16,498 nt of DNA from a virus (taxonomy: Duplodnaviria > Heunggongvirae > Uroviricota > Caudoviricetes), in IMG/VR virus record IMGVR_UViG_2737471837_000012, positions 1 to 16,498 of that record; one strand, given 5' to 3'. Numbering within the stretch: position 1 is the first letter of the stretch; each line of letters starts with the position of its first letter. Both the position numbers and the translations under genes were made by a program. Positions 7,119-15,314 of the stretch are shown here, in pieces. The notes beneath the pieces were generated by a model. The model saw nothing but the letters and a program-made list of their open reading frames with translations. It did no database searches and was not told the DNA's origin.

Positions 7119-7822
7119 ACACCGCAATTTTTAACGATAAAGCATCCATGACCAGCGTTGAGATCGCAGAGCTGGTGGGTAGTCAGCACTCAGATGTTAA
7201 ACGTAGTATCGAACGCCTGGTTGCTAAAAACATCATCCGGAAACCGCCAATGGCTGTTTCCGAGAAAATCAATAACTTAGGTTTTAAAGTTCAATATGAG
7301 CATTACCTGTTTGAAGGAGAGCAAGGTAAGCGCGACAGCATCATTGTCGTCGCACAGCTCTGTCCTGAATTCACTGCTCGCCTGGTAGATCGCTGGCGTG
7401 AACTGGAAGAACAGATCCGTAAGCCAATGAGCGAAATCGAAATGGTTGCTGCGATGGCTCTTGAAGCCGTTCGCCAGCAGAAACGGATCACTCAGGTGGA
7501 AGAAAAAGTCAGCCACGTTGCCGAAACTGTCGAACAAATCAAAAGAGGCACCATACGCGATGGTTATGCAGGATACCGTCAGCTGGTGGCGAAAACAGGT
7601 ATGTCAGATGCGAAATGCCGCAATCTGGTGAACGCTTATCAAATTCCTACAGACACCCACGAGTTCATGACGCCGGACGGATTGTTGTCACGTCGCGCAA
7701 TTGTTGCTGTGGAACCGTTTATGGCTGCTTTTTATCGGGTTATGGAGGAAGCAGAACCGCGATGGACTCGCTGGTATCACCCGAAAATGGGGTTATTTCA
7801 GGTTATTGGTTGGCAGAAATAA
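7115..7822 (+). CDS. Rha-family phage regulatory protein (235 aa)
   Basis: N-terminal segment (TSVEIAELVGSQHSDVKRSIERL) matches the conserved Rha N-terminal motif. GTG start with AAGGAG Shine-Dalgarno 7 nt upstream, overlapping the cro stop (GTGA). Confidence 0.65.
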   Translation: MNTAIFNDKASMTSVEIAELVGSQHSDVKRSIERLVAKNIIRKPPMAVSEKINNLGFKVQYEHYLFEGEQGKRDSIIVVAQLCPEFTARLVDRWRELEEQIRKPMSEIEMVAAMALEAVRQQKRITQVEEKVSHVAETVEQIKRGTIRDGYAGYRQLVAKTGMSDAKCRNLVNAYQIPTDTHEFMTPDGLLSRRAIVAVEPFMAAFYRVMEEAEPRWTRWYHPKMGLFQVIGWQK

Positions 7823-7874
7823 GAAAGGCCGGCAGAAAAAACCGGCCAGTCGGGTTTATCGTCGGAGATATTAC

Positions 7875-8699
7875 GTGAAAAACAATATCAAAGTTTTCGA
7901 TTTTAAATCAAGCACTGGTGAATTGTTGTCATCAGTTCGTAGTGTGGTCATTGATTCAACACCATGGTTTTTTGCCGTGGATATATGTAACGCGCTGGGG
8001 CTGACAAATACTGCTATCTCCCTTCAGTCCATCGATGATGAAGATAAAACCGAATATAAGGATTACTTAGGTTCGGGACGTAAGCCTTTGCTGGTCAATG
8101 AATCCGGGCTCTATGCGCTGATTATCAAAAGTCGAAAAAAACAGGCAAGACGTTTTAAACGGTGGATTACATCGGAGGTAATTCCGTCAATTCGTAAAAC
8201 GGGGAATTACTGTCTTACCACAATGACATCCCTACCAGATTTTAGCGATCCGGCTGCTGCTGCCCGTGCCTGGGCGGACGAATATGAGGCTAAAAACAGA
8301 GCAATTAGTTACGTTCATCGTCAGGCCCAATACATCGAACATCTGGAAAATTTATTCCAGCCTGGCATGACACCTGTTCAGTTCTGCAAGCAACTTAATG
8401 GAGTAAATGTTCAGCGCATCACAGCATTTCTGGAGGCTCACAACTGGCTTTATGACGAGCGTCCTGAATCGCGAAGCCCCGCATGGCGTGTAAAGGCATA
8501 TGCCCGAGATCTGTATCTGACCGAACGTCACCACTATATCGATTCAGGTTATGAAGAAGGGTTTTATTCGTACACACCAGTTCTTCTCCAGAAAGGGGCG
8601 GTCTGGATTTATCGCCAGTATCTTAGAGGTGCATTACCCATGAAGAGAAACTGGAATGGCGAATTCACCCACGATAAAGAACTGGCGGGTGCTGCATGA
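7875..8699 (+). CDS. ant: Antirepressor Ant (Bro-N N-terminal domain plus KilAC/ANT C-terminal domain), 274 aa
   Basis: The track's N-terminal extension was rejected. GTG at 7875 with GGAGA 6 nt upstream. Bro-N-like N-terminus (VFDF...STPWFFAVDICNALGL...DEDK) and KilAC-like C-terminal motif (LPDFSDPAAAARAWADEYE). Confidence 0.8.
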   Translation: MKNNIKVFDFKSSTGELLSSVRSVVIDSTPWFFAVDICNALGLTNTAISLQSIDDEDKTEYKDYLGSGRKPLLVNESGLYALIIKSRKKQARRFKRWITSEVIPSIRKTGNYCLTTMTSLPDFSDPAAAARAWADEYEAKNRAISYVHRQAQYIEHLENLFQPGMTPVQFCKQLNGVNVQRITAFLEAHNWLYDERPESRSPAWRVKAYARDLYLTERHHYIDSGYEEGFYSYTPVLLQKGAVWIYRQYLRGALPMKRNWNGEFTHDKELAGAA

Positions 8700-9358
8700 T
8701 TGTTCTCCAAAATATTGATTCTGCAATTTCGGGACGTTACACTGTTCCGGCACCTTATAAAGCGGGTGCCGGGATTGGAACCCCGGAATTGCATACGGCG
8801 ATATACGACGCGCCAGCGTCTTTTTTATCGTCCGCGCTCACGCACGCCAGAATTATGGTGGGCTGGGCAGGGGAGCCGAAAGGCTCGCCGGTTTCCGTAT
8901 GCGCCGGTAGTTCCAACCCTGTTCAGTTCACCACCAGTGAGATTGGAACCTCCGGTGGTGGAAGTTATCCATTGCATACGGAGGCTGCCATCATGGCTAC
9001 AGTCCCAACTTCCCCATACCTGAAAATCGAAGTCGTCAACGGCAAAGCTGTTATTTTCTCCCTGCATGTAGCCTGCCATTTCAAGCGCATGCACCAGAAC
9101 ATCGTCGACAAAATCGAGTATCTGAACTGCTCGCGCGAGTTTTTTACCCGTAATTTCATACCGGGTACTTATCACATCTATGGTGACTCTCTGCGTGGTT
9201 ATTACATCACCCTTGATGGTCTGATGATGCTTCAGCTTGGGTTAAGTCTGCGCACAATGCGGTACTACGAGAGCTGTATTGATGCATTCCATGAAGCTGA
9301 AACCGTCCAGGTACATTCCGCTTTTCGCCGTAATCAATGGGAGGCGCGCCATGTGTAA
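8696..9358 (+). CDS. Hypothetical protein (220 aa)
   Basis: ATG overlaps the Ant stop (ATGA). The competing minus-strand ORFs start with GTG and lack a Shine-Dalgarno. Function not recognisable by eye. Confidence 0.5.
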   Translation: MIVLQNIDSAISGRYTVPAPYKAGAGIGTPELHTAIYDAPASFLSSALTHARIMVGWAGEPKGSPVSVCAGSSNPVQFTTSEIGTSGGGSYPLHTEAAIMATVPTSPYLKIEVVNGKAVIFSLHVACHFKRMHQNIVDKIEYLNCSREFFTRNFIPGTYHIYGDSLRGYYITLDGLMMLQLGLSLRTMRYYESCIDAFHEAETVQVHSAFRRNQWEARHV

Positions 9359-9584
9359 TAACCATTATTCAGACACCTCTGTTACGGTAATTAAAACCCT
9401 GATGGATGCACTGATTGACATCTCTGTTATCGCAGATATGGCGCATAAACACGCCACCAGTGAAACAGAATATGCCGGTGCTTTCGTTCCTTATTCACTG
9501 GCTGCCATGCAAATTAGCGCCGACCAGGCGCTGGAAACAGCCAGCAAAATGCTCATGGCTGATGTGCAGGAGGTACATCCATGA
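9351..9584 (+). CDS. Hypothetical small protein (77 aa)
   Basis: GGGAGG Shine-Dalgarno 7 nt upstream of the ATG at 9351, which overlaps the previous gene's end. The track's longer start at 9279 was rejected. Confidence 0.5.
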   Translation: MCNNHYSDTSVTVIKTLMDALIDISVIADMAHKHATSETEYAGAFVPYSLAAMQISADQALETASKMLMADVQEVHP

Positions 9585-9814
9585 TTCGCCGCAGCGTTAA
9601 TTTCCTGTATCACCGATACAACCGTTGCCCCCGTGTGGGGCAGTGGTTTGCCACCAGCAACGGTCACGTTCTGCGGGTTTGCCTGGTCAATACAGAAAGC
9701 CAGAAGGTTGTCTGCCAGGTTCAGGGGCGTACTCATACCCTGAGTTATCCGCTGGTGGCGTTTCAGTCCGGAAAAATGTTTAAACGCCTGGGAGGTGGCT
9801 ATGCGTCCGTCTGA
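9581..9814 (+). CDS. Hypothetical small protein (77 aa)
   Basis: GGAGG Shine-Dalgarno 8 nt upstream. ATGA overlap with the upstream gene. Confidence 0.5.
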   Translation: MIRRSVNFLYHRYNRCPRVGQWFATSNGHVLRVCLVNTESQKVVCQVQGRTHTLSYPLVAFQSGKMFKRLGGGYASV

Positions 9815-10709
9815 TCTTCTGCTCGATTTTGGACATCCGGTTGCTTATTACCCTGGGCTCGTTAAATACATGGGAAGTCCGCACGCTGTTATTTTCTTTG
9901 GTCAGATTTTTTACTGGCAGGATAAAGCACATGCAGCGGAAGGCGTACATAAAACGCGTGAAGAGATACAACACGAAACCGGACTTACATTTGAACAACA
10001 GGCTGTAGCGCGTAAGCATCTTGTGTCCAGAGGCATTTTGGTTGAAACCAACAAGCGTCTTGAGCACAAAATGTTCTACCGTATAGATTGTGAGCGCCTT
10101 AATGAAATTATCAATGAAAACAATCAGTTTTCCCGAAATGGGGAAACCCGTTTTCGGGAAACTGTAAAACCCAATTTCGCGGAGGAGGGAAAGCCTTCAC
10201 CGCGGACACGGGAAACCCCTCACCGCGGAGAAGGGAAAACCAATTTCGATCTTACAGAGAATACAACAGAGATTACTTCAGAGAATACTACAGAGAGTAA
10301 AAACACTATTGGCGCATCCGCTGACGCGTCTGCACCAGCACGTTCTGCCCGACAGGAATATTCACCGGAATTTGAACAGGCCTGGCAGGAATATCCCAAA
10401 CGTGCTGGTGGTAATTCCAAGTCAGCAGCCTTCAAAGCCTGGAAAGCCCGTCTCAGGGAGGGAATAAAACCTGAAGTCATGCTTGATGGCGTGAAGCGGT
10501 ATGCCGCCTGGGTACGTGCAACAGGAAATACCGGCACACAGTTCGTGAAGCAGGCCGCAACGTTCTTTGGCCCCGATCGTCATTTCGAAGATTTCTGGCA
10601 ACAGCCAGCCGCTCCCGGAGGTGGGCGACAGCGACAGGTCGATGTCCTGTCTGGCCTTGGTGCCATGTCTGACAAATTCGGTAAATCCAGTGACAAATTG
10701 ACATTCTGA
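9801..10709 (+). CDS. Phage replication initiator / replisome organizer (O-like), about 302 aa
   Basis: GGAGG Shine-Dalgarno 5 nt upstream of the ATG at 9801. Positioned directly upstream of the DnaC-like and DnaB-like genes. Contains internal iteron-like DNA repeats. The C-terminal segment (EFEQAWQEYPKR...FFGPDRHFEDFW) resembles the conserved phage replication-protein C-terminal domain. Confidence 0.7.
   Translation: MRPSDLLLDFGHPVAYYPGLVKYMGSPHAVIFFGQIFYWQDKAHAAEGVHKTREEIQHETGLTFEQQAVARKHLVSRGILVETNKRLEHKMFYRIDCERLNEIINENNQFSRNGETRFRETVKPNFAEEGKPSPRTRETPHRGEGKTNFDLTENTTEITSENTTESKNTIGASADASAPARSARQEYSPEFEQAWQEYPKRAGGNSKSAAFKAWKARLREGIKPEVMLDGVKRYAAWVRATGNTGTQFVKQAATFFGPDRHFEDFWQQPAAPGGGRQRQVDVLSGLGAMSDKFGKSSDKLTF
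10125..10310 (+). repeat. Iteron-like direct and inverted repeats plus AT-rich tract inside the O-like gene (candidate origin of replication)
   Basis: GGGAAA(C/G)CC-type repeats start at about 10141, 10156, 10187, 10210 and 10233. Inverted pair CCCGAAA/TTTCGGG at about 10132-10158. TCACCGCGGA occurs twice, AAAACC(C)AATTTCG twice. Followed by ACAGAGA(A/T)TAC repeats at 10255-10300. Confidence 0.45.
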
Positions 10710-10719
10710 GGTGACAGCG

Positions 10720-11598
10720 ATGATGACGTTTAACCTGCGTGAACAACAAACAAGACTACAGGCGCGAATGGATGAGTTACGGGCAGAGATTGCATTTGCT
10801 CAGAAGGGCGAAAAGCCATGGCCTTATCGTTCCTGCCTGATGCGTGAAGGTCGCGGGTATTGCGAAAAACACGGTAAATACCATACGCATATACTGGTGT
10901 GGAGCGATCGCAATGGCGAGGACAGAGAAAAAATTTCATGCTGCCCTGACTGCTTGATCGCTGAGGCCAACGATTTGACCATGGAGCTGTCGTCCCTCAA
11001 GGCGGAAGAGCTGACTGATAACGCCGGAATTGCCCTGCGTTTTCGGGACTGTGAGTTTGATAACTATCTGGAGGTTAATCCTGACGCAGCCAGAAATCTT
11101 GCAGCCTGTCGCCGCTATGCGGAGAACTGGCCAGATATGCTGGAGAACGGCACCAGTCTTGTTATGACTGGCAGTTGCGGTACCGGGAAAAATCATCTGG
11201 CGGTATCAATGGCAAAACACATCATCCGTAATCATCTGGCCAGCGTGGAGATCACCGACGTGATGCGCCTTACCCGTGCTGTGAAAAACTGCTGGCGGAA
11301 TGACAGCGAAAAAACAGCGGATGAAGTTATTGAGCATTATGCGTCAATGGATTTGCTGATCATCGACGAAGTTGGTGTTCAGTTTGGCAGCGCGGCTGAA
11401 ATGGCTATTTTGCAGGAAATTATCAATGCCCGGTACGAAAGCATCCTGCCCACCATCCTGATCAGCAACCTTTCACCGGAAGAGTTGTGGGCGTTCATCA
11501 GCCCCCGCATTGCCGACAGGATCACAGACGGGGGACGCAACTGGTTGTCGTTTAACTGGCCCAGCTATCGTGCGCATATTGGAGGTGTGGCTGCATGA
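10720..11598 (+). CDS. DnaC-like helicase loader (IstB/DnaC-type AAA+ ATPase) with N-terminal Cys/His zinc-ribbon-like segment
   Basis: Walker A (GSCGTGKNHLA) and Walker B (LLIIDEVG). N-terminal C...CEKHGKYHTH...CCPDC. Start at ATG 10720 with GAGGTG upstream. ATGA overlap with the downstream helicase gene. Confidence 0.85.
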   Translation: MMTFNLREQQTRLQARMDELRAEIAFAQKGEKPWPYRSCLMREGRGYCEKHGKYHTHILVWSDRNGEDREKISCCPDCLIAEANDLTMELSSLKAEELTDNAGIALRFRDCEFDNYLEVNPDAARNLAACRRYAENWPDMLENGTSLVMTGSCGTGKNHLAVSMAKHIIRNHLASVEITDVMRLTRAVKNCWRNDSEKTADEVIEHYASMDLLIIDEVGVQFGSAAEMAILQEIINARYESILPTILISNLSPEELWAFISPRIADRITDGGRNWLSFNWPSYRAHIGGVAA

Positions 11599-12986
11599 CC
11601 ACTCCAGTATGGCGTAACGATGATCTGGAAGGCGCTGTCATTGGCGCGTTTTTTCTGCGTGGGGCAGATCATGAAGTGATGGATATTCTGGCCACACTGC
11701 CAGCGGACGTTTTTTCTGTACGAGCGTATAGGGATATCTACACAGGCATCTGCCGACAGGCTCGTGTTTCAGGTGTGATTGATCCTGTGCTGCTGTGTAA
11801 TGAAATGCCGGAACTTGCTCCGGTGATTACTGATACCGGGCGTAAAACCTGGGTGAAGTCATCTCTGGAACACTATGTTGCAGCGCTGCGACGCAATGCC
11901 GCACTGCGCGATGCAGAAAAAACACTGACCGAAGCATTACAGAATTTACGTGATGCGCATACCTGTGAAGCAGCCGAGGATGCTCTGAAGGATGCTCAAA
12001 ACATGATGGCCTCATTGTCGATGGAAAAAGGCGCAATTCAGCCGGTACATATTGATGATGTGCTTCCGGAAGTGGTTGACCGTGTTGAATGCCGGAATCA
12101 GGGGCTGGAGAAATCCAGGACGTTGATGACCGGTATTGATGAACTGGACGCAAAAACAGGCGGCATGGAGCCCGGCGACCTGGTATTTATTGCGGCTCGT
12201 CCGTCAATGGGCAAAACCGAACTGGCGCTGGATATCATCGACAAAGTGACTGAACAGGGGCGCGGTGTTCTTCTGTTCACAATGGAAATGGCGAACATTC
12301 AGATCGGTGAACGCATGGTGTCTGCTGCCGGAGGAATGCCTGTATCGCGCCTGAAATCTGTCTCTCACTTTGGTGACGAAGACTGGGCGCGTTTCATTAA
12401 GGGTGTGGAGCTGATGACCGGACGCAATATCTGGATGGTGGACCAGGCGAACCTGACCATTGACGAGATATGCGTAACAACGAAACACCATTTGATTAAA
12501 CATCCGGAAACGGCACTGGTGGTGGTTGATTATCTCGGGCTGATAAAAACCCGAACCACGGGGCGTCATGACCTTGCCGTGGGTGAAATCTCAAAGGGGC
12601 TTAAAGGCCTGGCAAAATCCGGCGGATTACCGGTGGTTGCGCTGAGCCAGCTTTCCCGTGGTGTGGAGTCCAGGCCCAATAAACGCCCTATGAACTCAGA
12701 CCTGAAAAACTCCGGAGAAATAGAGGCGGATGCAGACATCATTCTGATGCTTTACAGGGATGAAGTGTACAACCCGGATACGCAGGCCAGAGGCATTGCA
12801 GAAATCAATATCACGAAACAACGTAACGGTTCTCTGGGGACGATTTACCGACGTTTTTATAACGGACATTTTCTGCCTGTAGACCAGGAAAGCGCGCAGG
12901 TTCTTTCCACATCAATGCAGCCGTCCAGACCGCGCAGATACAGTAACAAACGAACTGACAGCAGTAAGATGGAGCGTTTCTTTTGA
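11595..12986 (+). CDS. DnaB-family replicative DNA helicase (463 aa)
   Basis: DnaB-like N-terminal domain and RecA-like C-terminal domain with Walker A (AARPSMGKTELALD). GGAGG Shine-Dalgarno upstream. Confidence 0.9.
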   Translation: MTTPVWRNDDLEGAVIGAFFLRGADHEVMDILATLPADVFSVRAYRDIYTGICRQARVSGVIDPVLLCNEMPELAPVITDTGRKTWVKSSLEHYVAALRRNAALRDAEKTLTEALQNLRDAHTCEAAEDALKDAQNMMASLSMEKGAIQPVHIDDVLPEVVDRVECRNQGLEKSRTLMTGIDELDAKTGGMEPGDLVFIAARPSMGKTELALDIIDKVTEQGRGVLLFTMEMANIQIGERMVSAAGGMPVSRLKSVSHFGDEDWARFIKGVELMTGRNIWMVDQANLTIDEICVTTKHHLIKHPETALVVVDYLGLIKTRTTGRHDLAVGEISKGLKGLAKSGGLPVVALSQLSRGVESRPNKRPMNSDLKNSGEIEADADIILMLYRDEVYNPDTQARGIAEINITKQRNGSLGTIYRRFYNGHFLPVDQESAQVLSTSMQPSRPRRYSNKRTDSSKMERFF

Positions 12987-12997
12987 ACAACCAGACA

Positions 12998-13241
12998 ATG
13001 ACTTTTACCCCTGAACAACTACGTAAACAGGCACAGGAAATGTTGCGACAGGCGGAACAACTGGAAAAAAACAGGTGTAACAAAAGATGCCATTCGTAAG
13101 GATATGGTGCCAGCGCTCAGGGAACTGATGCAGGCGAAACACCGCGCACAAAAAGCAGTGGATGAGCTGGTGGATTGTGTGGCAGAGCTGGAAACCAAAG
13201 TTGGAAAGTTTGAAAAACTGGTGCAGGAGGTGCTGCGCTGA
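12998..13241 (+). CDS. Small helical protein gene interrupted by a +1 frame change at an A7 homopolymer (13065-13071)
   Basis: Frame-1 ORF 12998-13099 (33 aa) and a +1-frame ORF ending at 13241, whose TGA overlaps the rusA ATG (TGATG). Removing one A restores an 80-aa ORF of uniform charged and helical character. Confidence 0.4.
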
Positions 13242-13600
13242 TGCGCCATGAGTTTATTTTACCTTATCCGCCGACGGTAAATACTTACTGGCGACGTCGT
13301 GGCAACACATATTTTGTATCAAAAGTCGGTGAGCGTTATCGCCGTGATGTGGCGCTAATTGTTCGCCAGCAGCGGTTGAAATTAAACCTGTCCGGAAGGC
13401 TGGCGATAAAGATTATTGCAGAGCCACCGGATAAGCGCCGTCGTGACCTGGACAATATCCTGAAAGCACCACTGGATGCACTGACACATGCGGGATTGCT
13501 TATCGACGACGAGCAGTTTGATGAAATCAATATTGTGCGCGGTCAGCTCGTTCCTGGTGGGCGGCTGGGCGTGAAGATTTACAAAATTGAAAGTGAGTGA
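13241..13600 (+). CDS. rusA: RusA Holliday-junction resolvase (119 aa)
   Basis: Strong resemblance to E. coli RusA as recalled from memory, including the PDKRRRDLDN and LIDDEQ acidic catalytic motifs. Confidence 0.9.
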   Translation: MRHEFILPYPPTVNTYWRRRGNTYFVSKVGERYRRDVALIVRQQRLKLNLSGRLAIKIIAEPPDKRRRDLDNILKAPLDALTHAGLLIDDEQFDEINIVRGQLVPGGRLGVKIYKIESE

Positions 13601-13608
13601 GCGTAAAT

Positions 13609-14145
13609 ATGATATACCCGGAAATTACAGGCAAAAGCGGTGAGCATTTACGCCTGAAAACTCTGGAAAGTGTCTGGCTCCAGGGGAAACTGCGTATGTG
13701 GGGGCGTTGGTCGTATATAGGTGGTGGCAAAACAGGAAATATGTTCAATCAGTTGCTGGCATCCAAAAAACTGACAAAAACCGCGATCAATGAAGCCATG
13801 CGCAAAATCAGGGAATCAGGGATTGATAAACCTGAACTGGAAGCATTCTTGCGTGAGATGATCGAAGGAAAGCAAAAAAGCTGGTTAACTCACTGCACTG
13901 ATGCAGAGGCACTAAAAATTGATAGTGTTATAGGTGAAGTTCTGGCGGATCATCCAGGACTACTAAATGTCCTGAGTCAGCGTTATGTGGGGCGAGGGAT
14001 GAGTAAGAGAAGGATGGCCGAGTTATTAAACGAACAGTACCCAGAGTGGGCGTTGATTACATGCCGACGTCGTGTTGATCAGTGGTTGCGTGTTGCTGAG
14101 TTCATTTTGTACTCACCTATGAGAGAAGCGTTCGATTATACTTAA
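13609..14145 (+). CDS. Late-gene antiterminator Q-like protein (about 178 aa)
   Basis: Positional call: last gene before an intrinsic terminator that precedes the late-region cargo, downstream of rusA as in lambdoid phages. Trp/Gly motif (LESVWLQGKLRMWGRWSYIGGG) is reminiscent of Q-family proteins. Start taken at ATG 13609 rather than the track's GTG at 13597. Confidence 0.5.
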   Translation: MIYPEITGKSGEHLRLKTLESVWLQGKLRMWGRWSYIGGGKTGNMFNQLLASKKLTKTAINEAMRKIRESGIDKPELEAFLREMIEGKQKSWLTHCTDAEALKIDSVIGEVLADHPGLLNVLSQRYVGRGMSKRRMAELLNEQYPEWALITCRRRVDQWLRVAEFILYSPMREAFDYT

Positions 14146-14152
14146 AAAATCA

Positions 14153-14181
14153 TTGCAAAATGAGCCACAAACTGCTTCAAT
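14153..14181 (+). promoter_or_regulatory. Possible late promoter PR'-like (-35 TTGCAA 14153-14158, -10 TTCAAT 14176-14181)
   Basis: Weak sigma70-like hexamers with 17-bp spacing, located between the Q-like gene and the terminator. By position only. Confidence 0.2.
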
Positions 14182-14239
14182 TCCGGTACGCTCCGCATAG
14201 CTGTATCGCGAGGCGAATCAAGCGCATGAACTTTGATAC

Positions 14240-14263
14240 AACCCGCCATTGAGCGGGTTTTTT
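14240..14263 (+). terminator. Rho-independent terminator (tR'-like) downstream of the Q-like gene
   Basis: Stem ACCCGC / GCGGGT with loop CATTGA, followed by a run of six T. Confidence 0.7.
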
Positions 14264-14385
14264 ATGTCCGAAAAACGGCAGAGAACATAAAACGTGCTGG
14301 TGGTTGCGAATACTGGTCTTTCGGCTTGTATTTTTGTAAATCGATATATACTTATCTTGTGACCAGTAATGTCAGGGCAATTGAT

Positions 14386-15129
14386 ATGAATGAAGCCTGT
14401 TCTGTTGTTTTTGTTCATTCCCCGTTTGTTGTGCTCTTTGAAGGAAAAGAGCTCTCTCTTGAAAGTGGTAGTGCACTTCTTGTCAGGGGGGGAGCTGGAT
14501 CGTTATTGCCCTTTTCGGAATGTTTTCGGCGAATAAGTCTCAGTGAATCGACAATTAGCCGTTACCTGTTGTGTGGAGACGAAAAACAGGATGTAGTTTT
14601 AGTCCGGCAAATACCACGATATCTTTGCGTGAGTTTTCCCAAGGCAGAATTGATGGGCATCCTGATTGATTATCTTTGTGAGGAAAAGATTCATACGGAC
14701 AATTTAGCGGAAATGCTTTCCTTTTCGTGTCTGGCGTTTTTCTCATCAGAGAAAATGTTTTCGTCGTTTCTGACCGCGTGTATTAGCAATATTAGTGACA
14801 GGCTTAGTGCATTGTTTCGCACGGACATTGCAGCAAACTGGACTCTGAGAGATGTGTCTTCGCGGTTATGTATCAGTGAAAGTTTGTTAAAAAAAAGACT
14901 GAAAGAAGAAGGCACCTGTTTCAGTGAGTTGTTGCTTACAGAGAGAATGAGAATGGCAGCAATGCTGTTGAATCAATCTCGTTGCGCCATCAACAGAATC
15001 GCTGCCCAGTGCGGCTATAATTTTACATCTTATTTTATCAGCGTATTCAGGAGTTATTTTGGTGTTACACCGGCAGGTTACAGGATGGCTGCATTCAATG
15101 AGATGAGTTTAAGTGTTACTCAAGAATAA
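14386..15129 (+). CDS. AraC/XylS-family transcriptional regulator (about 247 aa), AT-rich cargo gene
   Basis: C-terminal double-HTH AraC signature (WTLRDVSSRLCISESLLKKRLKEEG...INRIAAQCGYNFTSYFISVFRSYFGVTPAGYR). About 40% GC versus about 53% in the phage core. The track's start at 14233 is a TTG overlapping the terminator, so ATG 14386 is used. Confidence 0.8.
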   Translation: MNEACSVVFVHSPFVVLFEGKELSLESGSALLVRGGAGSLLPFSECFRRISLSESTISRYLLCGDEKQDVVLVRQIPRYLCVSFPKAELMGILIDYLCEEKIHTDNLAEMLSFSCLAFFSSEKMFSSFLTACISNISDRLSALFRTDIAANWTLRDVSSRLCISESLLKKRLKEEGTCFSELLLTERMRMAAMLLNQSRCAINRIAAQCGYNFTSYFISVFRSYFGVTPAGYRMAAFNEMSLSVTQE

Positions 15130-15153
15130 TTGAATTTTGCACTCATTGAAAAC

Positions 15154-15177
15154 AGGCTCGCTGCGGCGGGCCTTTTT
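15154..15177 (+). terminator. Rho-independent terminator after the AraC-family gene
   Basis: 8-bp stem AGGCTCGC / GCGGGCCT (one G-U pair), tetraloop TGCG, then TTTTT. Confidence 0.6.
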
Positions 15178-15314
15178 CATATCCGCGCCACGCCCGGCGC
15201 ATATCAAAAACCACAGAGCCTTTCAGGGGTGAGCTTACGGGATGGTCAGTGTGACTTTCTCTGTGGGCTGGTCACCCCAGGGCGCAGGCTCACCCACTAA
15301 AAGGAAAAGTCACG

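Noticed and set aside
7701-7874. Track-predicted N-terminal extension of the Ant ORF, overlapping the Rha gene
   Set aside because: The extension is basic, low-complexity read-through across the intergenic hairpin. The GTG at 7875 has a proper Shine-Dalgarno and starts exactly at the Bro-N domain.
8825-9175. Minus-strand ORFs (116 aa and 64 aa) antisense to the rightward operon
   Set aside because: GTG start without a Shine-Dalgarno, embedded in a GC-rich coding region on the opposite strand. Probably shadow ORFs.
13064-13072. A_AAA_AAC heptamer as a classical -1 programmed ribosomal frameshift site
   Set aside because: A -1 shift here runs into a stop codon within two codons. The extended ORF is in the +1 frame, so a canonical -1 frameshift does not explain it.
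14233-14385. Track-predicted N-terminal extension of the AraC-family ORF
   Set aside because: It begins with TTG inside the terminator hairpin and has no Shine-Dalgarno. The first in-frame ATG at 14386 is used instead.
15130-15314. Possible tRNA gene in the position where Stx phages carry tRNAs
   Set aside because: No T-loop consensus (GTTCGAATC-like) or cloverleaf arrangement was found by eye. The inverted repeats there fit a hairpin/leader structure better.
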